From the NCBI GenBank assembly GCA_040954595.2, contig CM082588.2:4590156-4654155 (forward strand): a stretch of DNA of 64,000 nucleotides, given 5' to 3'. A program made the position numbers and the translations under genes. Shown here piece after piece: positions 58,636 through 64,000 of this stretch; position 1 is the stretch's first letter; the number at the start of each line of letters is the position of its first letter. The DNA comes from Balanoglossus misakiensis (lineage: Eukaryota > Animalia > Hemichordata). The notes under the pieces are model-generated. The model did no database searches, was not told the origin of the DNA, and saw only the letters and a program-made list of their open reading frames with translations.

Positions 58636-61600
58636 ATGACGAGTATTTTCCACGTGCTGTTGCTATTTGGGGGACTCCACTCAGCCCTCGGTGACGCTTG
58701 CTCGTTGCCGGGGTTACGTGTCGAGAGGAACACACTCGCATGGTACAACGGTTTTGTCTTGGACCCCAGTCGCGAAATCGGACGCTCGAAACGCTTCAGC
58801 GCAGCGGAATGCGCGCTTCTCTGTTTCAACGAAAACCGAGACGCCTGCTTGAGTCTGAGTTTTAATCGCTTGACAAGTGACTGTGTTCTCTACGATACTA
58901 GTCCGGTGGCGACTTCAATCACTGAATCGCGTGGATATCGCCTGGTTTTCTTGGAAAACATGGAGGTAAGTTTTACCATGGACAGATTCATGCATATTAT
59001 TGCTTTCGAAAATATGGCTTTTATATGTTTTTTTTTTTTTAGATTTCTCGTTTGCTGGTGAATTTTTGGAGGACTCTGAGCTGAATCGGTTCCATCATAA
59101 GTCAATGACGTCACTGCAGAACATCTCCCACAACAGATTTACTGGAATATCGCACTTTTATATTTCCAGCACGCTAATACCCGCGTTGTTGCTGTGTTAT
59201 TGCGTCTGCTCGACTCTAAAAAGTTATCAGTAGGAAAGAATAAGGATAGATCGGGTTATCGGAACCTACGTATTTTTTGTTCGGCGTAATGAAATTTTGC
59301 TTCACGACTTAGTTTAAAATTGCTGCCAGTGTATGCATATAAAGAACTATCTTGAAAAGCCAAATGCCGGCTGTTTCAACATGCATTAACGAGCGACAAA
59401 CTGTAATCTGTACACTGAACTCATCTGTAGAAAAATATTGAAGGCACAGATACAGTCACTGTACTATTAACCCCACGTGTCAGTATACAGCGCAAGATAA
59501 CGGACAGACACAATCTCCCATTCTGACGTAAATCCAACAACACATTAACACGATGATTTTTTCCCCCATTAAACACAGTTGGCACTGATGGTTAAACTCC
59601 ACAGGAGAGCGAGGCACGCACAGAGATTAAGTGTAATTTGCTTGTCAGTTAAGATAATGATATGGCACAAACGTGAGGTATCACGTCACGGGTATCGGGT
59701 TTATCTTTGGCGCGATTTTTTTTATTCGTGGATGTACTTTTTGTCGTTTATTATGCTGAAGACGTCAGATATACACAAATCAATTTTGTGGAGGAACACA
59801 AGCAAATCGGCGTGCTAAAACAATATATATATATATCGCAACACAATCATGATTTCTAGTTGTGTGGGTTTTTTTTCTGTCAATTCAGCAACAGTCTGAG
59901 TGTCTATATATGTCGTTCTAGTACAGCAAACACCGGTGTGCTTGTGTTTGACGCACACACCATTAAAATGCATGCCTGACGTAGAAATTAAGGTAAAATC
60001 ACATCCGTGATACATAGTCAATTCACGTCTGGAGAACGTGATGTAATGTTTTCGAGATGAGGTTCCAAAAATAGGCTGAGCAATTTCCCATGCTAAATTT
60101 CCTATTAGGTTTCTGTGAGGAAGTATTCAATGATGTGATTGTCGCTTGGACACAATCTAACATGATATTTAAGGAGAAAATGATGTTCTAAATATTCTAG
60201 AATAATGGTGAACTATTAAAAAAGATTTATGAATTTTTAAAGCAAGGATTTCTGGTTTACGATGTAAGCGAATGGGAGATTGTCTAAGTGTATAGAGGAG
60301 CAGATTTTGGGCCTGGAAAGATTTTAATTTACGTACGTCTCTTTTACAAAGCACTACCAATCACAGCAAATGATATATGCTCTGCAATAAATTGCTTAGT
60401 ATTTGAATGGGTGGATGGATGGATGGATGAATGGATGGATGGATGGATGGATGGATGGATGGATGGATGGATGGAAAGACCATTCCATGGCTGGGTGAAA
60501 GCGTAGACTGGCCCGGATGGACGAAGGAAGGGAGGAAGGGCGGAGATGGGTAGCACCGCAAACCTAGAGTTCTGTTCTCTCCCCACTCTGTATTAAAGCA
60601 CATGTACAGACAACCACCACTATTACTTGACACTCCATTAATTGCATGTCTCTTCACCCACAGGACAGCACTGATCTAGAAGAGCCGCCCTCTCCCAATG
60701 CATGTGATGCCAACCCGTGTCAGAATGGTGGCACTTGTTCTGAAGACTGTAACCCCAATCACTCAATCTGCCACTGTGGCGAGGGATGGACTGGAATTCA
60801 CTGTGAAGTCCCGAGAGGTAAAACAAATCTTGACATGGTTTTAAAAAAAGAGCAGGGAGAAAAGATATAAGTGATGGTCCAGTATATCAAGTGATAGCTA
60901 TTCAGTTTGATTACCAAAGCAATGTCGAATGTACTGAAAGGGATATACACTGTATACATGTACATGTATTTTCAAAGCAAATGAACGTTGCATGCTTTAA
61001 TTGTTTGTTATAATGTCCAAATTACGGGTTCACTGAACAGAAAGTGCTTGTATGTTTGCCCAGGTCATTCTTCACTGCGTATAGGTACATGTATCCTCTG
61101 ATTGAACAAGACTTAACTCTGAGTGCATATACGCGATAGTGACAGCCCTCCTGAGGATATGTTTCGGTAACAATACAGATACTACGTGATTTATATACGG
61201 AAATTGAATGCAACAGCTTCAATGGAGTGCCATAGAACCCGGACGATGGCCACCTCGAAAATATTTTCAATGCGCAATATTTAAAATATAAATACACCGT
61301 ATTTTTTACTTTACTCGGTGTTTCCTTACTTCTGCAATTTTGTTGAGAGGCAATCAGAGAAAAATATATTACTTTCACTGGCTGACAAAGCCTTTCCGCA
61401 AGAATCTAAATGAATCGATGCTTTTAAAAAATCCCCGGGCACCTTGATCAAGAGAAAGAGCGAGCACACCTGCTGTGAACTTGTGACCTAACATTTCAAT
61501 GGAACCGGTAACAACTTGAAAAATCTATAGGCTGCATTTAAACGACAGTGTAACCATCGCAAAAAATAGATCCATCGACTGAGCATATTGGATAATTAAC

Positions 61601-64000
61601 GACAAACGACGTGAAAACTGACAGATTTAGCCCGAGACTGTTGGGGAGTAACATGCATTTGTAACGTGCGTGATACACAAAGGTAAATAAAAGGAACTGT
61701 GAAAGAAACTGTCTTCAGGAAATTTTGGCCGAATACAGGGAAAACATTAATTATGACAATAGCTTTATTCGAACATAACTGGTTAATTTTCTGTAAAAAT
61801 CTACAAATACAATGTATGACCAAATTTGAGAAAAAATACTTAAAAATTTCCTTTCAAAGAAATAGTAAGGGCTCAAACTACTGATCAGGGAAATCACGTA
61901 TATACCAACAGCACTGACTCATATTTATCAAATGAATATTTGTAAAGTATGCGAAACCCTACAAAATGGCCACCTTCCCATGGGAATCTCTACAGACAAA
62001 CTGAGTGCGATTTACAGGAATGCCTAACAGAAATGACCCAGACAAAAAACTGTCAATATTCACCGATGAGTCAATTAAGAGAAACCTTTTTCTTATTTGA
62101 TGGGTACATGTGTTTCGTGCGTCGGGTGTCTCTCGAGGCATCTAAATGCGATACACTAAGAACTTGCTTTGTTGTGTTCGCTCGAATCTGAATTGGCATT
62201 TAACGCAACTCGCTTTTCAAACGAAGCGCTGATGCCTTTCATCGTCCCCGTAAATTGCGATTTAAACCGTACTTTATACCGTAGTATAAAAGATTTGCGA
62301 GAAAACTTATTTTCAGCATATTAACTTTGGCTTAAATCACAAGCCGCTGTATTGTAGAGTTTCGTAAAATCCAGACAATTACACTACAATTTGTACGGGG
62401 ATGAATATAGCAAATTAGTAATACCATAAGGTGGTGTGGTAACACTGTTTTCTGAGAGAATTATTACCGCCATTACGATCAACAAAATCGTAATCTTAAT
62501 AATCCCAATCTTCATTGATTGACTCCAGGATTTCGCGCATCATTCTATAAGATCAAGCGCCGTAACTTTCAGAATTGATTGCGTCAATATTTCATCAAAT
62601 TCAAATTTCCTCGCGCTAGTGTTCATGTCATTCTAAAATCCTTCAAATACTAGTACTAGTATGCCATTTGAGTGACACGCTCATAGCACATGCCATGCCT
62701 GTATTAAAAACGTAGTCAATCTGTCAATATATCACTACAGCGGCACACTTTAAAAGTAATACACATCAAAATAAATTAATATTTTTGGATATTTAATATT
62801 TTATAACTAATATCAATTTCTCTTTTCGCAATATAGAAATAAACACAGCGTACAGTTGCGGGGAGACAACCACAGATTCGTCGGGCTCTATAGAGTCACC
62901 CAACTACCCTGGGCCGTACCCCACCGACCTCAACTGCGAAATAAAGATTAAAGGCTCGGCGGGACAGACTGTCTGGCTAAACTTTGACGAGTTCAGTGTA
63001 GGGGATGACGTCGGATCTTGCACTTTTACCGACTGTGTACTGGTAAGATTGTTATCGGTATCTCTCTAGACTTGAAAAGAGTATTGGGGGTGTTCACGAT
63101 ACTGTCAATCAATACAATAAAATATGATACGATACGATACAGTACGGTATACATGTAGTTCAGTATAGGACGACACAACAAACACAACACGACAGAAGAC
63201 AACACAATGCAATGCACTACGCGTATTACAATTTTCACCATAAAACTAACACGACTGGAAACCGTTCTGAATTTTAAATGAAGATGATTTGATTCTTGAG
63301 ATTTATGATATGAGAATATGGTATGGTACGTGACTTCAGTAAAATACGAGCGTAAAGTCTATTTACTTTGATTTGCGACGTTAATATCACAAAGAAATGT
63401 GATCGCTTCAATGTGATAAATGTGTTCACGAAAGAATCGATTAAAAGAGAGAGCATATTAAAGATTATGAAATATTGGGACACAGACCTGTTTATTCCTC
63501 CATCATCTCGGACAGTATTCAAAGGTTTTGGGAAATTCCATTTTAAGCAATTTCTTATAATTCGAAGCATTAAACCGCATTTGATCATTGCTATAAAGAA
63601 TTTCTCAGTTTGTTTTCATGTACTTTATATTAAAATTATTTCATGATGGCGGCATTTTCTGATTTCTTTTCAACGAATGTAAATTAAGATAGGGATGTTG
63701 TTTTTGCATTAAAGTTAAAATGTTCAAAATAAAATACTCGCTGTTTGTCGCCTTTCCTCTTTTACTATAAATGAAAAAGAGAGTAAGCTTAATCATAAAT
63801 ATATTAGTTTTCTCGGTAACCGGAGTTTCTGGGGCCAGTCCCAGAATAAGCTGTTTTAGAAGAAAACAGTATTAGAAAAGCAAATGTTTGATGAAATTGA
63901 ATCATTTGTGTTTCAGTTATTTATCAACTATATGTACTATTTATTGTCGGTTTTTGACAGGTCAATATCTATATCGGCGGCACCTATCAGCGGAATTACA
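58636..64000 (+). CDS. Secreted signal peptide-PAN/Apple-EGF-CUB protein, 3'-partial
   Basis: Coding segment 58636-58965: signal peptide [19 protein letters not shown] and PAN pattern ECALLC...[16 protein letters not shown]. Exon 60664-60817: [15 protein letters not shown]...[13 protein letters not shown]. Exon 62837-63042: [34 protein letters not shown]...[10 protein letters not shown]. Exon from 63961 ([13 protein letters not shown]). Intron phases 0,1,0 are consistent. Confidence 0.85.
60407..60475. repeat. (GGAT)n microsatellite
   Basis: Seen directly, in an intron of the PAN-EGF-CUB gene. Confidence 0.95.

Noticed and set aside
61064-61166. Possible extra exon between the EGF and CUB exons
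   Set aside because: Stops in all frames tested; the EGF exon splices in phase directly to the CUB exon.

Overview
Intron-rich eukaryotic (animal) genomic DNA. Gene content and repeats suggest a marine invertebrate, probably an invertebrate deuterostome such as a hemichordate (inference only). Five protein-coding loci can be reconstructed from splice sites: ANKRD6/Diversin-like (+, 5' end outside the window); mitochondrial thiolase ACAT1 (-, 12 exons); a 7-exon stand-alone macrodomain gene (+, head-to-head with ACAT1); a long low-complexity nuclear protein with a C2H2 finger and a thrice-repeated ~35-aa motif I do not recognise (-); and a secreted PAN-EGF-CUB protein (+, runs off the window). 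The dominant feature is a ~28.5-kb array of an 88-bp satellite between the poly(A) signals of the convergent ANKRD6 and ACAT1 genes. It flips orientation at ~34213 across a 21-nt loop, forming a giant fold-back with arms of ~18.7 and ~9.8 kb. Each arm has its own higher-order repeats, and the right edge is older and diverged. A 3.25-kb 28-bp minisatellite fills the last ANKRD6 intron, and several small MITEs are present. The long ORFs over both repeat arrays are artefacts.
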